A stretch of 32,000 bases of DNA. Source: Nonlabens ponticola. Lineage in GTDB: Bacteria; Bacteroidota; Bacteroidia; Flavobacteriales; Flavobacteriaceae. Position 1 is the stretch's first letter; the number at the start of each line of letters is the position of its first letter. The DNA lies in NCBI RefSeq assembly GCF_003966335.1, contig NZ_CP034549.1:840001-872000 (forward strand). Direction: 5' to 3'. The notes under the pieces are model-generated. The model worked only from the letters and a program-made list of their open reading frames with translations. It was not told the DNA's origin and did no database searches. Below are positions 7,601 through 16,834 of the stretch, in pieces. Position numbers and translations under genes: made by a program.

Positions 7601-9838
7601 TTAAAACGCAAATCCCAGTTTTACATAGAATTCACCATCATCCTGCTGTGGGCTAAAGCTATATTTGAGTTCAATAGGACCAAGAAATGTATCAAGTCCA
7701 TATCCCAAAGCAAATCCAGAATAACGAGCCTTGCTGAACCAATCGTCCTGTTCAAAGAGATCGTCGTCAACGCTGGCGAAATTTGCACTAAAAATGACAT
7801 GGTTCTTACTGAATATCTCATAATCAATTTCAAACAGACTGCGTATCATGGTATTGCCGCCCAACGCTATAAAATCATATCCATAAAATGGTATGATATT
7901 ATTGATGCGTCTTGCGCCATAACCACCTAGGAAAAAATCTAGCGCGCTGGTGTCTGGATTACCTATGGCGATACCCACATGAGCTTCTCCTCGCAGGCTC
8001 AAATTACCAAATGATCTCGCGTGCCCGACCTTTAACTGAGCGATACTATATTCATTGTAATCATCTCGCTGTTCATCGTTATAGACATAGAGGTGAAAAT
8101 CACCATCAACTTCCCAGCCGCTGGATGGAAAAAAAGCATTGTCATAAGTGTCCAGCAGCAGCTTACCGTACAGACTACCGGTAAGACTGCTCTCTATATC
8201 TGTGCGACCTACGTCGGGATCGTTAGTAAGTAAAGTATTGGTGAAAACGTCCAGCGATTTGAGCTCAAGTCCTGTCTGCACATTGAATCCTCGATCCAGG
8301 CGTGTTTGCAAATAAACCTGCTGTGTCCAGTCGCTGTATTCTACATCCAGGCGATTGACGCCTAGTGGTTCTTGACCGGTAGTTTCCTCGGCAAAGCTGG
8401 CTGGTATATCCTTTTCAAATTGCACAAACTCGCTGTGCAATCCTATAGACCAATAGTTGCCCTTATCGATATAGTAATCAAAGTTGTAACGCAGGTTGTC
8501 GCCCAGTATCACATCTGCAGATATGATGTCATTATTAAACAAGATATTCTTGCGAGTAAGGTTGACAAGAGCGGCACTGCGCAGTAACTCGTCATAGTGC
8601 AGGCCCAAACGCAAGTAGTTGCGCACGGTACTTTCCTCTACCGTGATGGATAGTTCGCGGCGACCATCGTCTTCTAGGATCTCATAATTGATCTTGGTAA
8701 AGTTGTTTGTGGCCTGCAAATTATTGACGCCATTCCTTATGTCTTCATAACTAACAAGTCCTGGCGCATTGATCTTGAATTTACCTAGAATATAAGCGCG
8801 TGTGTAGCGCATGTTGCCATTTACATAGATGTGGTCTAGATAAAAACTGTCTGCTTGATCCACTTTTAATTTGGGCTTGCGATATCCAGGCGTGGCCACT
8901 TGCTTTAGGGCGTCCATTTTCTTTCTGGTGGCGATAACACCTTCATTGATTATTTTCCTACCATCGTCAAACGATATGACCGAGAATTTTGTGATGTCTG
9001 GAGTGATGTAAATATCTGTTTTGGGAGCTTTGACCTTCATGGCGTCAATCGTACGGAAGTTATTGATCTGCGCCAGGATTCCTGTTGCGCTCTCTAGCTC
9101 CTTGCGATCCTTGAGATCATCTTGAACGTCAACGCCTATGATGATGTCCATACCTTTGGCTCGTAGCTTCTCTACAGGATAATTGTCTGTCACGCCACCA
9201 TCTGTAAGTAGGCGATCACCTATTTGTACTGGTGCAAATAAGGATGGCAAGGCACCACTGGCATTAACTGCACGAGGCAAATAACCACTATCCAGTACTA
9301 CTTCTTCACCTGTGGTAATGTCTGTAGCCACGCAAAAAAACGGTATGGGCAATTTTTCAAAATCCTCTACATCACTTACATGTATCAATAATTGTGAGAG
9401 TAGGTTATAAACATTTTGACCTTTGCTCAAGGAACTGGGCAACCGCAATTGAAAATCCTCAAAAGGTAGTGTCAAGGCATACCGCTCATTCTCGCGCCGT
9501 TCATACAGTGTGGTCGCGCCACGCGGTATTTGATCAGAAATGATGTTCTCAAACTTGGTAATCTTGAAGACAGAATCAATTTGCTCGCCTGTGTAGCCGG
9601 CCGCATAAATCGATCCTATGATCGCGCCCATGCTCGTGCCAGCGATGTAATCCACCTTGATTCCTAGAGAGTCGATAACCTTGAGCGTTCCTATATGTGC
9701 GAGACCTTTAGCGCCGCCACCAGATAGCACGAGACCTATTTTAGGTGATTTTTTATCCTGAGTTTGTTGCGCTGTCAGGTATTCCGCTTTCGCGAAAGCT
9801 AAAACCAATAACAACCCAATAACACTATTCCTGCTCAC
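7601..9838 (-). CDS. Patatin-like phospholipase fused to an Omp85-type beta-barrel (PlpD-like, type Vd architecture)
   Basis: GTG start with a signal-like N-terminus. Patatin motifs are GGGAKG, GTSMG (GxSxG) and TDGGV (catalytic Asp). The long C-terminal half is rich in alternating beta-strand pattern and ends KLGFAF with a terminal aromatic residue. Confidence 0.8.
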   Translation of the reverse strand: MSRNSVIGLLLVLAFAKAEYLTAQQTQDKKSPKIGLVLSGGGAKGLAHIGTLKVIDSLGIKVDYIAGTSMGAIIGSIYAAGYTGEQIDSVFKITKFENIISDQIPRGATTLYERRENERYALTLPFEDFQLRLPSSLSKGQNVYNLLSQLLIHVSDVEDFEKLPIPFFCVATDITTGEEVVLDSGYLPRAVNASGALPSLFAPVQIGDRLLTDGGVTDNYPVEKLRAKGMDIIIGVDVQDDLKDRKELESATGILAQINNFRTIDAMKVKAPKTDIYITPDITKFSVISFDDGRKIINEGVIATRKKMDALKQVATPGYRKPKLKVDQADSFYLDHIYVNGNMRYTRAYILGKFKINAPGLVSYEDIRNGVNNLQATNNFTKINYEILEDDGRRELSITVEESTVRNYLRLGLHYDELLRSAALVNLTRKNILFNNDIISADVILGDNLRYNFDYYIDKGNYWSIGLHSEFVQFEKDIPASFAEETTGQEPLGVNRLDVEYSDWTQQVYLQTRLDRGFNVQTGLELKSLDVFTNTLLTNDPDVGRTDIESSLTGSLYGKLLLDTYDNAFFPSSGWEVDGDFHLYVYNDEQRDDYNEYSIAQLKVGHARSFGNLSLRGEAHVGIAIGNPDTSALDFFLGGYGARRINNIIPFYGYDFIALGGNTMIRSLFEIDYEIFSKNHVIFSANFASVDDDLFEQDDWFSKARYSGFALGYGLDTFLGPIELKYSFSPQQDDGEFYVKLGFAF
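9786..9802. repeat. Palindrome family copy 4, inside the patatin-like gene signal peptide
   Basis: Exact core plus a TAA arm. It is read on the minus strand as L-A-F-A-K-A-E-Y. Confidence 0.95.
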
Positions 9839-11624
9839 CGCTATAATAATCGATTATTTTTCTTGCCTTGCTCAATCCTACAACGCCAATAAGTTCTTTT
9901 TCTGTTGCTTCCTTGACTCTTTTTACAGATCTAAAATGCTGCAACAAACTCACGACGGTTTTACCACCTATTCCTGGGATCACGTCCAGCTCTGTCTCGA
10001 TGGCCTGCTTGCTGCGCTTGTTCCTATGATGATTGATGCCAAAACGGTGCGCCTCGTTCCTCATATGCTGGATTACCTTGAGCGACTCAGACCGTTTGTC
10101 CAGATATAAAGGTACAGGATCGTTGGGATAGAATAGTTCTTCCAGCCTCTTGGCGATACCAATTATTGGAATCGTGCCACGCAATCCTAGTCGTTCCAGC
10201 GCCTTGACGCCGCTGGACAATTGTCCTTTACCACCATCCACAATGACCAATTGTGGTAATGGCTGGTCTTCTTCTTGCAGTCTGCGATAGCGCCTATAAA
10301 CAACTTCTTCCATGCTGGCAAAATCATCTGGACCGTCCACGGTCTTAATGTTGAAGTGACGATATTCACTCTTGCTGGGTTTACCATTCTTGAAAACCAC
10401 ACAAGCCGCAACCGGATTGGTACCCTGAATGTTGGAGTTGTCAAAACATTCCATATGTCTAGGTTCCTCGTCCAGTCTCAAGTCGGCTTTCATCTGGATC
10501 ATCAATCTATTGACGTGACGATCTGGATCTACGATCTTGATTGTTTTGAACTGCTCTTGTCTAAAGAATTTTGCATTGCGCTCTGATAACTCGACGACAC
10601 GTTTTTTATCACCTAGCTTAGGTACGGTTACCTTGATTTCCTCACCTAGATCTAGTGGAAATTGCGTGTAAATCTCACGAGATTGAGAGTCAAATCTAGT
10701 GCGCAGTTCAACGATGGCTAGTTTGAGTAATTCTTTATCGCTCTCATCCAGCTGCTTTTTAAGTTCCATGGTGTGCGATCTGGTGATGGAACCGTGATTG
10801 ATCTGCAAATAATTTACATAACCAGCTGCCTCGTCACTAACAATCGTGAAAATATCCACGTTTGAAATGTTGGGATTGACAATGGTTGATTTTGTCTGGT
10901 AACGCGTCAAGATATCCAGCTTGTCCTTGATGCGTTGGGCATCCTCAAACTCCATATTTGCAGCATGTTCCTGCATGAGCGTATTAAAATGCTTGACGGC
11001 TTCTTTAAAATCACCTTTTACAATACCGCGCAGGGCGTCAATATTGTTATTGTAAGAGGTCTCGTTTTGTAATCCTGTGCATGGGCCTTTACAGTTACCT
11101 ATGTGGTATTCAAGGCATAGTTTATACTTGCCAGCCTGTATCTTTTCTTCTTGTAAATCATAATTACAAGTGCGTATGGGATAAAGAGATTTTACCAACT
11201 CTAGCAAAGTCCTAACGGTACGAACGCTGGTGTACGGTCCATAATATTCGCTACCATCCTTAATCATTTTACGCGTCAGGAAAACGCGTGGGAACCGCTC
11301 ATTCTTAATACACAACCATGGATAGGTCTTGTCATCGCGCAGCATAATGTTATACTTGGGCGACCTGGATTTTATCAGGCTGTTTTCCAGCAGCAGTGCA
11401 TCGGTTTCGGTTTGTACCACGATGTGCTCGATACGCACGATCTTCTTGACCATGGTCGATATGCGATAGCTATCGTGATTTTTGGTAAAGTAGGATGAGA
11501 CGCGTTTTTTGATCTTTTTGGCCTTACCCACATAGAGCAATCGATCTGTCTTGTCATAATACAGATACACTCCTGGCGATAAGGGCAGCGTCTTGATTTG
11601 TACCTCTAGTGGCGGTAATTCCAT
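9825..11624 (-). CDS. uvrC: Excinuclease ABC subunit C
   Basis: The ORF-track start 11684 is a TTG extension that runs through a palindrome copy. ATG 11624 gives MELPPLEVQIKTLPLSPGVYLYYDKTDRLLYVGKAKKIKKRVSSYF (GIY-YIG). There is a UvrBC-like region and a C-terminal HhH (GIGGKTVVSLLQHF). Confidence 0.92.
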   Translation of the reverse strand: MELPPLEVQIKTLPLSPGVYLYYDKTDRLLYVGKAKKIKKRVSSYFTKNHDSYRISTMVKKIVRIEHIVVQTETDALLLENSLIKSRSPKYNIMLRDDKTYPWLCIKNERFPRVFLTRKMIKDGSEYYGPYTSVRTVRTLLELVKSLYPIRTCNYDLQEEKIQAGKYKLCLEYHIGNCKGPCTGLQNETSYNNNIDALRGIVKGDFKEAVKHFNTLMQEHAANMEFEDAQRIKDKLDILTRYQTKSTIVNPNISNVDIFTIVSDEAAGYVNYLQINHGSITRSHTMELKKQLDESDKELLKLAIVELRTRFDSQSREIYTQFPLDLGEEIKVTVPKLGDKKRVVELSERNAKFFRQEQFKTIKIVDPDRHVNRLMIQMKADLRLDEEPRHMECFDNSNIQGTNPVAACVVFKNGKPSKSEYRHFNIKTVDGPDDFASMEEVVYRRYRRLQEEDQPLPQLVIVDGGKGQLSSGVKALERLGLRGTIPIIGIAKRLEELFYPNDPVPLYLDKRSESLKVIQHMRNEAHRFGINHHRNKRSKQAIETELDVIPGIGGKTVVSLLQHFRSVKRVKEATEKELIGVVGLSKARKIIDYYSGEQE

Positions 11625-11631
11625 AGCACAG

Positions 11632-11639
11632 TAAAGGTA
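11632..11639 (-). promoter_or_regulatory. Weak -7 box candidate TACCTTTA upstream of uvrC
   Basis: Near match to TAnnTTTG on the minus strand, 8 nt upstream of ATG 11624. Palindrome copy 5 lies 18 nt further upstream. Confidence 0.2.
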
Positions 11640-11656
11640 GGATTTATGATGAGTTT

Positions 11657-11675
11657 GCTTTCGCGAAAGCGTAAT
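11657..11675. repeat. Palindrome family copy 5, intergenic (uvrC/trx divergent region)
   Basis: GCTTTCGCGAAAGCGTAAT. Confidence 0.95.
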
Positions 11676-11863
11676 AAAAAACAATCAACTGCAATTAAAT
11701 AGCTATGATCGTTGTTCCAACCACTTACTATGATTGATCTTGAAAATATTCTCATAGTCCTGTAATAGCGATGTTTTCCTGAGTGTTCTGCAATCCTATT
11801 TCCTAAAGAAATATTATAACTGCTTTGAAAAAGTGATGGTTTTGTAACTTGAAAATAAAAGCG

Positions 11864-12160
11864 ATGGCAAAATTTAGCGAAATCATCAACGATCAAGTTC
11901 CAGTACTTGTTGATTTTTATGCGACCTGGTGTGGTCCTTGTCAAACCATGATGCCGGTATTAGAACAACTCAAAGACGATCTTAAGGATGGCATCAAGAT
12001 CATCAAAGTTGATGTGGACAAGAATAAAGCACTCGCTACTAAGTTTGCCGTGCGTGGTGTTCCTGCTTTCATGATTTTTAAAAATGGTAAGCAAGTATGG
12101 CGCGGCGCTGGTGTGCAACCCTTACATTCACTCAAAGCTGAAATAGTAAAATATGCGTGA
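11864..12160 (+). CDS. trxA: Thioredoxin
   Basis: The track start 11849 is TTG. ATG 11864 gives MAKFSEIINDQVPVLVDFYATWCGPCQ with the WCGPC active site. Confidence 0.88.
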   Translation: MAKFSEIINDQVPVLVDFYATWCGPCQTMMPVLEQLKDDLKDGIKIIKVDVDKNKALATKFAVRGVPAFMIFKNGKQVWRGAGVQPLHSLKAEIVKYA

Positions 12161-12524
12161 TATGAATGGTAAGAGAAATGTATTAGGTGAGCAATTAATA
12201 GGCTGTTGTACTGATCCCATGACAGGATTCTATAGAGACGGTTATTGCCGCACCTCAAATGCGGATACTGGAACCCATGTAGTTTGTGCTGTGATGACTA
12301 ATGAGTTTCTAGAATTCACAAAATCCAAAGGCAATGATTTATCCACGCCTATACCACAGTTCAATTTTCCAGGTTTGAAAGCTGGCGATAAATGGTGTTT
12401 ATGTATATCTAGATGGCTGGAAGCAGAAAAGGCTGGTTGTGCACCCTATGTTGATCTCAAAGCGACCGATCAAAAAGCATTGGAATACACCAACATCAAT
12501 GTGCTTAAAACCTATGCAGAATGA
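12153..12524 (+). CDS. DUF2237 family Cys-rich protein
   Basis: NVLGEQLIGCCTDPMTGFYRDGYCRT...GTHVVCAVMTNEFLEFTKSKGNDLSTP...GDKWCLCISRWLEA matches my recollection of DUF2237. It has an 8-nt overlap with trx. Confidence 0.7.
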   Translation: MRDMNGKRNVLGEQLIGCCTDPMTGFYRDGYCRTSNADTGTHVVCAVMTNEFLEFTKSKGNDLSTPIPQFNFPGLKAGDKWCLCISRWLEAEKAGCAPYVDLKATDQKALEYTNINVLKTYAE

Positions 12525-13021
12525 GCCGTGGTTTTGTCAAAGAAGGCGATCAAGAAGAACCAGTCGTTATTCCTAAAAGAGCTATTTTACCTGATGGCAC
12601 CATCAACTATGTCACGCAGCGCGGTTATGAATTGCTACAGGAAGAATTGGGAGCATTAGAAAACGAGCTAGGCACAATTGATCACGAGAATGAAACAGAT
12701 AGACGCAGAGCCAACACGCTTATTCACGGTAAAATAAAATTGCTCAAAGAACGTATCGCAAGTGCCAGAAAGCTAAATGTCAATGCAGAAAAGAAAAACG
12801 AGGTACGTTTTGGCGCTGTTGTAACCTTCAAAAACCTTACAAATAACTCGACCCAAATGGTCAGTATCGTAGGCGTCGATGAGGCAGACGTTGCTCAAGG
12901 TAAAATATCATTTACTACACCAATCGCTAAAGCACTTACCGGATCGCAAGTAGGTGAGGTAATCGATTTCAAGCTAGGTAGTGAAGTTAGAAAGCTCAAA
13001 ATTTTAAATATTGATTACTAG
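12521..13021 (+). CDS. GreA/GreB family protein (Gre-like C-terminal domain)
   Basis: 166 aa with an N-terminal coiled-coil-like segment (YELLQEELGALENEL) and a C-terminal FKBP-like Gre domain (RFGAVVTF...ISFTTPIAKALTGSQVGEV). It has an ATGA overlap with the upstream gene. Confidence 0.65.
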   Translation: MSRGFVKEGDQEEPVVIPKRAILPDGTINYVTQRGYELLQEELGALENELGTIDHENETDRRRANTLIHGKIKLLKERIASARKLNVNAEKKNEVRFGAVVTFKNLTNNSTQMVSIVGVDEADVAQGKISFTTPIAKALTGSQVGEVIDFKLGSEVRKLKILNIDY

Positions 13022-13069
13022 GCAAATCAATTGAATCTTGAGATTTAGAACTTAGAACCAAGGAATTTT

Positions 13070-13534
13070 CTAGTGCCAGTGATCCTTTTTAAGATTAGTT
13101 GCTGCAATAATCACATCCATTCTACTTATTTGACCTATGAGCTTTCCTTGCTCAGTAACTGGAAACCTGCGGTGACCAGACTTTAAAAACCTACCAGCAG
13201 CATCAAAAATATCGGCCTCGGCATCAATTGTGGCTACTTCTTTGCTCATATAATCTGATACGGTACGATCGCCCACTGGCAAATTATGATACCTGCTATC
13301 ACCTATCACTTGCATGAGATCTGTGTCACTAATGATTCCTACCAGATTGTCTTGATCATCGACCACAGGACCACCAGTAATGCGTTGCTTTAGTAGCGTC
13401 TCCATCACAGCATTAATGTTTTGGTCGGGTTTGAAAGTGATGAGTTTGCGCTTCATATAATCTTTAACCCTTATAGCTTCTCTTGTATCTGTTTTTTGCT
13501 CGGACCTGCGGCCCATAAAACTTTTAATTCCCAT
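13070..13534 (-). CDS. CBS domain pair protein
   Basis: 154 aa with two CBS-like repeats (ITGGPVVDDQDNLVGIISDTDL ; HRRFPVTEQGKLIGQISRMDV). Confidence 0.8.
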   Translation of the reverse strand: MGIKSFMGRRSEQKTDTREAIRVKDYMKRKLITFKPDQNINAVMETLLKQRITGGPVVDDQDNLVGIISDTDLMQVIGDSRYHNLPVGDRTVSDYMSKEVATIDAEADIFDAAGRFLKSGHRRFPVTEQGKLIGQISRMDVIIAATNLKKDHWH

Positions 13535-13697
13535 AACGATTTTTTTAATTGATCAGACCTTTAAGTTACAAATTTTTAAAGTATTAGTTAAATCGGTTAT
13601 GTATGTTGAAAGAATCAACTCTCCAATTGATTATGACCCCTATGATTCTAACTTCAGATATTATTTAGAATGATTTTCAATACAGATGGCTGGCGCG

Positions 13698-13705
13698 TAT
13701 CTTTG
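13698..13705 (+). promoter_or_regulatory. Candidate -7 box TATCTTTG upstream of mrp
   Basis: Exact TAnnTTTG, 18 nt upstream of ATG 13724. Confidence 0.35.
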
Positions 13706-13723
13706 TGTTAATCAGTTTGACTT

Positions 13724-14866
13724 ATGAAAATAGAGAAGAAAGAAGTTCTCAAAGCCCTAGAAACTATATCAGTTCCAGGTGAAGGACAGAATATGGTAGA
13801 GAGTGGTGCGGTAAAGAATGTGTTGGTTTTTGGTGATGAGGTAATTGTTGACATTACCATAAATAATCCCAGCTTACAGGCCAAAAAGAAGACAGAAGTT
13901 TCTATACTCCAAGCCATTCATAAAGAAGTACATCAAAAGGCTCAAGTAAAAGTAAATTTAAAGGTTGAGGCACCAGTAAAAGAAAACAATGCTCCCGAAA
14001 TCAAGGGAAAACCTATTCCTGGAATCGATAATATCATCGCGGTAGCTTCTGGAAAAGGTGGTGTCGGTAAATCAACAGTAACAGCAAACCTGGCAGTAAC
14101 ACTTGCAGAAATGGGATTCAAAGTAGGCTTGCTAGATGCAGATATTTATGGACCATCTGCAACCATTATGTTTGACGTGGTCAATGAACGACCACTTTCA
14201 GTAACCGTAGATGGTAAGTCAAAAATGAAGCCCGTAGAAAGCTACGGCGTGAAGGTCTTGTCCATAGGATTCTTCACAAAATTAGATCAAGCCGTCGTTT
14301 GGCGTGGTCCTATGGCTAGCAAAGCACTCAATCAAATGATTTTTGACGCAGATTGGGGTGAGCTTGATTTCCTATTAGTAGATCTACCACCAGGAACTGG
14401 TGATATCCATTTGAGTATCATGCAAGCATTGCCACTAACGGGTGCCGTAGTAGTAAGTACACCACAAACCGTTGCACTAGCAGATGCTCGCAAGGGCGTT
14501 GCCATGTTCCAGCAGGAAAGTATTAATGTTCCCGTGCTAGGTGTTATTGAAAATATGTCCTATTTCACGCCACCAGAATTGCCTGATAACAAATACCACA
14601 TCTTTGGTAAGGACGGTGCCCGCAATCTTGCGGAGGATTTGGGCATTCCGTTTTTGGGTGAATTACCGCTGGTACAATCTATACGTGAAGCTGGTGATGT
14701 AGGTAGACCTGCTGCGTTGCAAGAAAATACGCCGGTCTCAAATAGTTTTGTTGATATTACTAGAAACGTAGTTACAGAAACGGTAAGAAGAAACGAAAAC
14801 ATCGCACCAACCGAAGCTGTCAAAATCACAACAATGGCAGGTTGTAGTCCAGCAAAAAAGTCATGA
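13724..14866 (+). CDS. mrp: Mrp/NBP35 (ApbC) iron-sulfur cluster carrier ATPase
   Basis: N-terminal DUF59-like segment, deviant Walker A SGKGGVGKST, and DLPPGTGD. Confidence 0.9.
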   Translation: MKIEKKEVLKALETISVPGEGQNMVESGAVKNVLVFGDEVIVDITINNPSLQAKKKTEVSILQAIHKEVHQKAQVKVNLKVEAPVKENNAPEIKGKPIPGIDNIIAVASGKGGVGKSTVTANLAVTLAEMGFKVGLLDADIYGPSATIMFDVVNERPLSVTVDGKSKMKPVESYGVKVLSIGFFTKLDQAVVWRGPMASKALNQMIFDADWGELDFLLVDLPPGTGDIHLSIMQALPLTGAVVVSTPQTVALADARKGVAMFQQESINVPVLGVIENMSYFTPPELPDNKYHIFGKDGARNLAEDLGIPFLGELPLVQSIREAGDVGRPAALQENTPVSNSFVDITRNVVTETVRRNENIAPTEAVKITTMAGCSPAKKS

Positions 14867-15147
14867 TGAAAGGCGAGAAACTTAAACAAGCCGTAGAAGC
14901 TGGACTAGAAGAGATCAGACCATTTTTGCAACGTGATGGTGGCGACATTGAATTAGTCTCCATTGATCAAGAAAAGTTCGTCAAAGTACGATTGCTAGGC
15001 ACCTGTGTAGGATGTCATGTTAATCAAATGACCCTTAAATCTGGAGTGGAATTGACCATCAAGAAACACGCGCCACAAATAGAATCTGTGGTTGATGTCT
15101 CTAACATGACAGAGAAAGAAGATTATCGAGATCAATTAGATTCCTAA
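14863..15147 (+). CDS. NifU-like (Nfu C-terminal domain) protein
   Basis: 94 aa with IRPFLQRDGGDIELV and GTCVGCH (CxxC). It has an ATGA overlap with mrp. Confidence 0.8.
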   Translation: MMKGEKLKQAVEAGLEEIRPFLQRDGGDIELVSIDQEKFVKVRLLGTCVGCHVNQMTLKSGVELTIKKHAPQIESVVDVSNMTEKEDYRDQLDS

Positions 15148-15899
15148 TTCAGGCTCTCAAGAATACCATCAAATAATTGATAACGGCTATCAAGACTAGC
15201 ATTGCTCACTTTGATGGCCTCATCCCATTTTTCTTCATCATCACCGCACAGCATACTTACCATACGATGCGCCATCGGTCCATGCTCATCGCCGTCTAGT
15301 TCAATATGACGATCAAAGTAATACTTGATTTTTGATAAATCCATGTTTATGGATTGATGATCTAGACCCTTGATTATTTTAGTAAACATGTCTGGAATAA
15401 GGTCCTCACGACCGTAAGTAAATGCTGCCGCAATCTCGTGTGGCTTTCCACCTTCAATAATATCAAATGTGTTGATCAAGAATTGCGCAATATGCGGTTC
15501 TAGGGATGCTGCTCCCGATTTTACTGACTTTATGCTGTTAAAGGAATGGATAATCTTTTCAATAGCCGTGGTCTCAATTCCTGCGGCTTGCATGGCATCC
15601 AGATACATCTCATAATGGCTATTGCGATGACCGTCGATGTCAAGATCGGTTTCCTCTGCAAGGACAATCTCATTGATTAGATATCTCAATTGTGGATCGC
15701 CTACCGGTTGCCAGGGCACGCTGGTGCAAGTCAATTCTTGTTGCAAGGCCTTGAGTAGAGACATGAAATCCCACACGGCGTACACATGGGATTGCATGAA
15801 TGTATGTAAATGCTCAACGGTTTTTATAGAGGTGTAGAGTGGATGGTTGAGTAACCGCTTTCGCGAAAGCGTAATCCTATCATTCAACAGCGATTGCAT
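15144..15899 (-). CDS. DUF3050 family (heme-oxygenase-like fold) protein
   Basis: HVYAVWDFMSLLKALQ and the overall helical pattern match my recollection of DUF3050. I prefer ATG 15899 (MQSLLNDRI...) over the track start 15947, but this is uncertain. Confidence 0.6.
   Translation of the reverse strand: MQSLLNDRITLSRKRLLNHPLYTSIKTVEHLHTFMQSHVYAVWDFMSLLKALQQELTCTSVPWQPVGDPQLRYLINEIVLAEETDLDIDGHRNSHYEMYLDAMQAAGIETTAIEKIIHSFNSIKSVKSGAASLEPHIAQFLINTFDIIEGGKPHEIAAAFTYGREDLIPDMFTKIIKGLDHQSINMDLSKIKYYFDRHIELDGDEHGPMAHRMVSMLCGDDEEKWDEAIKVSNASLDSRYQLFDGILESLN
15856..15875. repeat. Palindrome family copy 6, inside the DUF3050 gene
   Basis: CGCTTTCGCGAAAGCGTAAT. It is read on the minus strand as I-T-L-S-R-K-R-L. 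Confidence 0.95.
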
Positions 15900-16265
15900 A
15901 GACTTTTTTACAAAAATAATGGCTACCTGCAAGATGTAAGTAGCCATTCAATGAATTATGAGAAATTTAAAAGGTGTAACCCACTTTAAAAATGAGCTGC
16001 GCAGCTAGATTATTGTTTTCGAAATCATAGCCTCGTGATATTTATCGGGTGAGATCTTTTTCTACTTAAATGTTAGAGCTATGTCAATCGATCTGGTAGA
16101 TAGTTTCATCAACAGGATCACGCTAATTTTGATCTCACGCCTCATATTGTCCACGGATAGTTTGAAATAACATCATAGCTATCATGGCGAGTAATATTGT
16201 TCTATTATAGTTGATCTTTAACAGACAGTCACTCAAAGTATAGCGATAACGAGATGATGCGTCAA

Positions 16266-16799
16266 TTAAAGAGTAAAACCTATCTGCACACCTATATATA
16301 AGCTTACATCTGAATCCTCTAAGTCATAAGATGGTCCTGCCTCAAAAGTAAAGTTCAAAAAATCCTGATAGGTTCTTTGCAATCCATAAGTGGCAGAAAG
16401 CACGGTCTGATCGTCTACTCGAGAAATATCTCCTTCTACGCCTATCACCTGGGTGAGATTAAGGCCAATAAAGTTACCACTGTTGTATTGAATGTTTCTG
16501 CCTTTCTCCAGCCTTCTATTGAAATTGGTATAGTATCTTCCTGAACCTTCTAGGATTAAGGGAAACAAAAAATCAGACTCCGTTTCATTATTGATTTCTT
16601 CTACGGTGATGGACAGTCCAACTCCTACGTTAGCGAGTAGCGAGAAGTTCTCTGTTATATCATGTTCGACTTCGGCACTAGGTGTGAGAACATTAAGTCT
16701 AAAAATCGTCTCATCTGCATAATCTAGTTTGTTTTGATCTTGCGAGAGTCCAGTTGATGTAGCTAGGAGTAGCAAAACTAGAGCGTAAACGTGTTTCAT
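16266..16799 (-). CDS. Hypothetical secreted protein, possibly a small outer-membrane beta-barrel
   Basis: Signal peptide MKHVYALVLLLLATSTGLSQ. Alternating hydrophobic pattern and Gly/aromatic-rich strands. No family recognised. Confidence 0.5.
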   Translation of the reverse strand: MKHVYALVLLLLATSTGLSQDQNKLDYADETIFRLNVLTPSAEVEHDITENFSLLANVGVGLSITVEEINNETESDFLFPLILEGSGRYYTNFNRRLEKGRNIQYNSGNFIGLNLTQVIGVEGDISRVDDQTVLSATYGLQRTYQDFLNFTFEAGPSYDLEDSDVSLYIGVQIGFTL

Positions 16800-16834
16800 A
16801 AAATGTGTGTCATTGAAAGTATGTGTTGATTGAA

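Noticed and set aside
7404-7930. ORFs 7404-7595(-) and 7550-7930(+), which contain ...LRFRESV...
   Set aside because: Both merely read through palindrome copy 3 (hence the FRES peptide in both directions) and then run antisense into hmgA or the patatin-like gene. ORF 11606-11944(-) is the same artefact at copy 5.
11625-11684. 20-codon N-terminal extension of uvrC in the ORF track
   Set aside because: It starts at TTG and reads through intergenic palindrome copy 5. ATG 11624 gives the canonical GIY-YIG N-terminus.
400-16006. Other short perfect palindromes: GCGGAATTCCGC (400-411), ATGCGCGCAT (5723-5732) and AGCTGCGCAGCT (15995-16006)
   Set aside because: Each is unique. Roughly eight 12-nt palindromes are expected by chance in 32 kb (32000 x 4^-6), so there is no evidence of function beyond position.
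16008-16031. A possible twelfth, decayed palindrome copy (GATTATTGTTTTCGAAATCATAGC)
   Set aside because: It shares only GATT plus TTGTTTTCG with the flank and core of copy 10 and lacks the right half-site. That is too weak to call a feature. It is mentioned within a finding only as a possibility.
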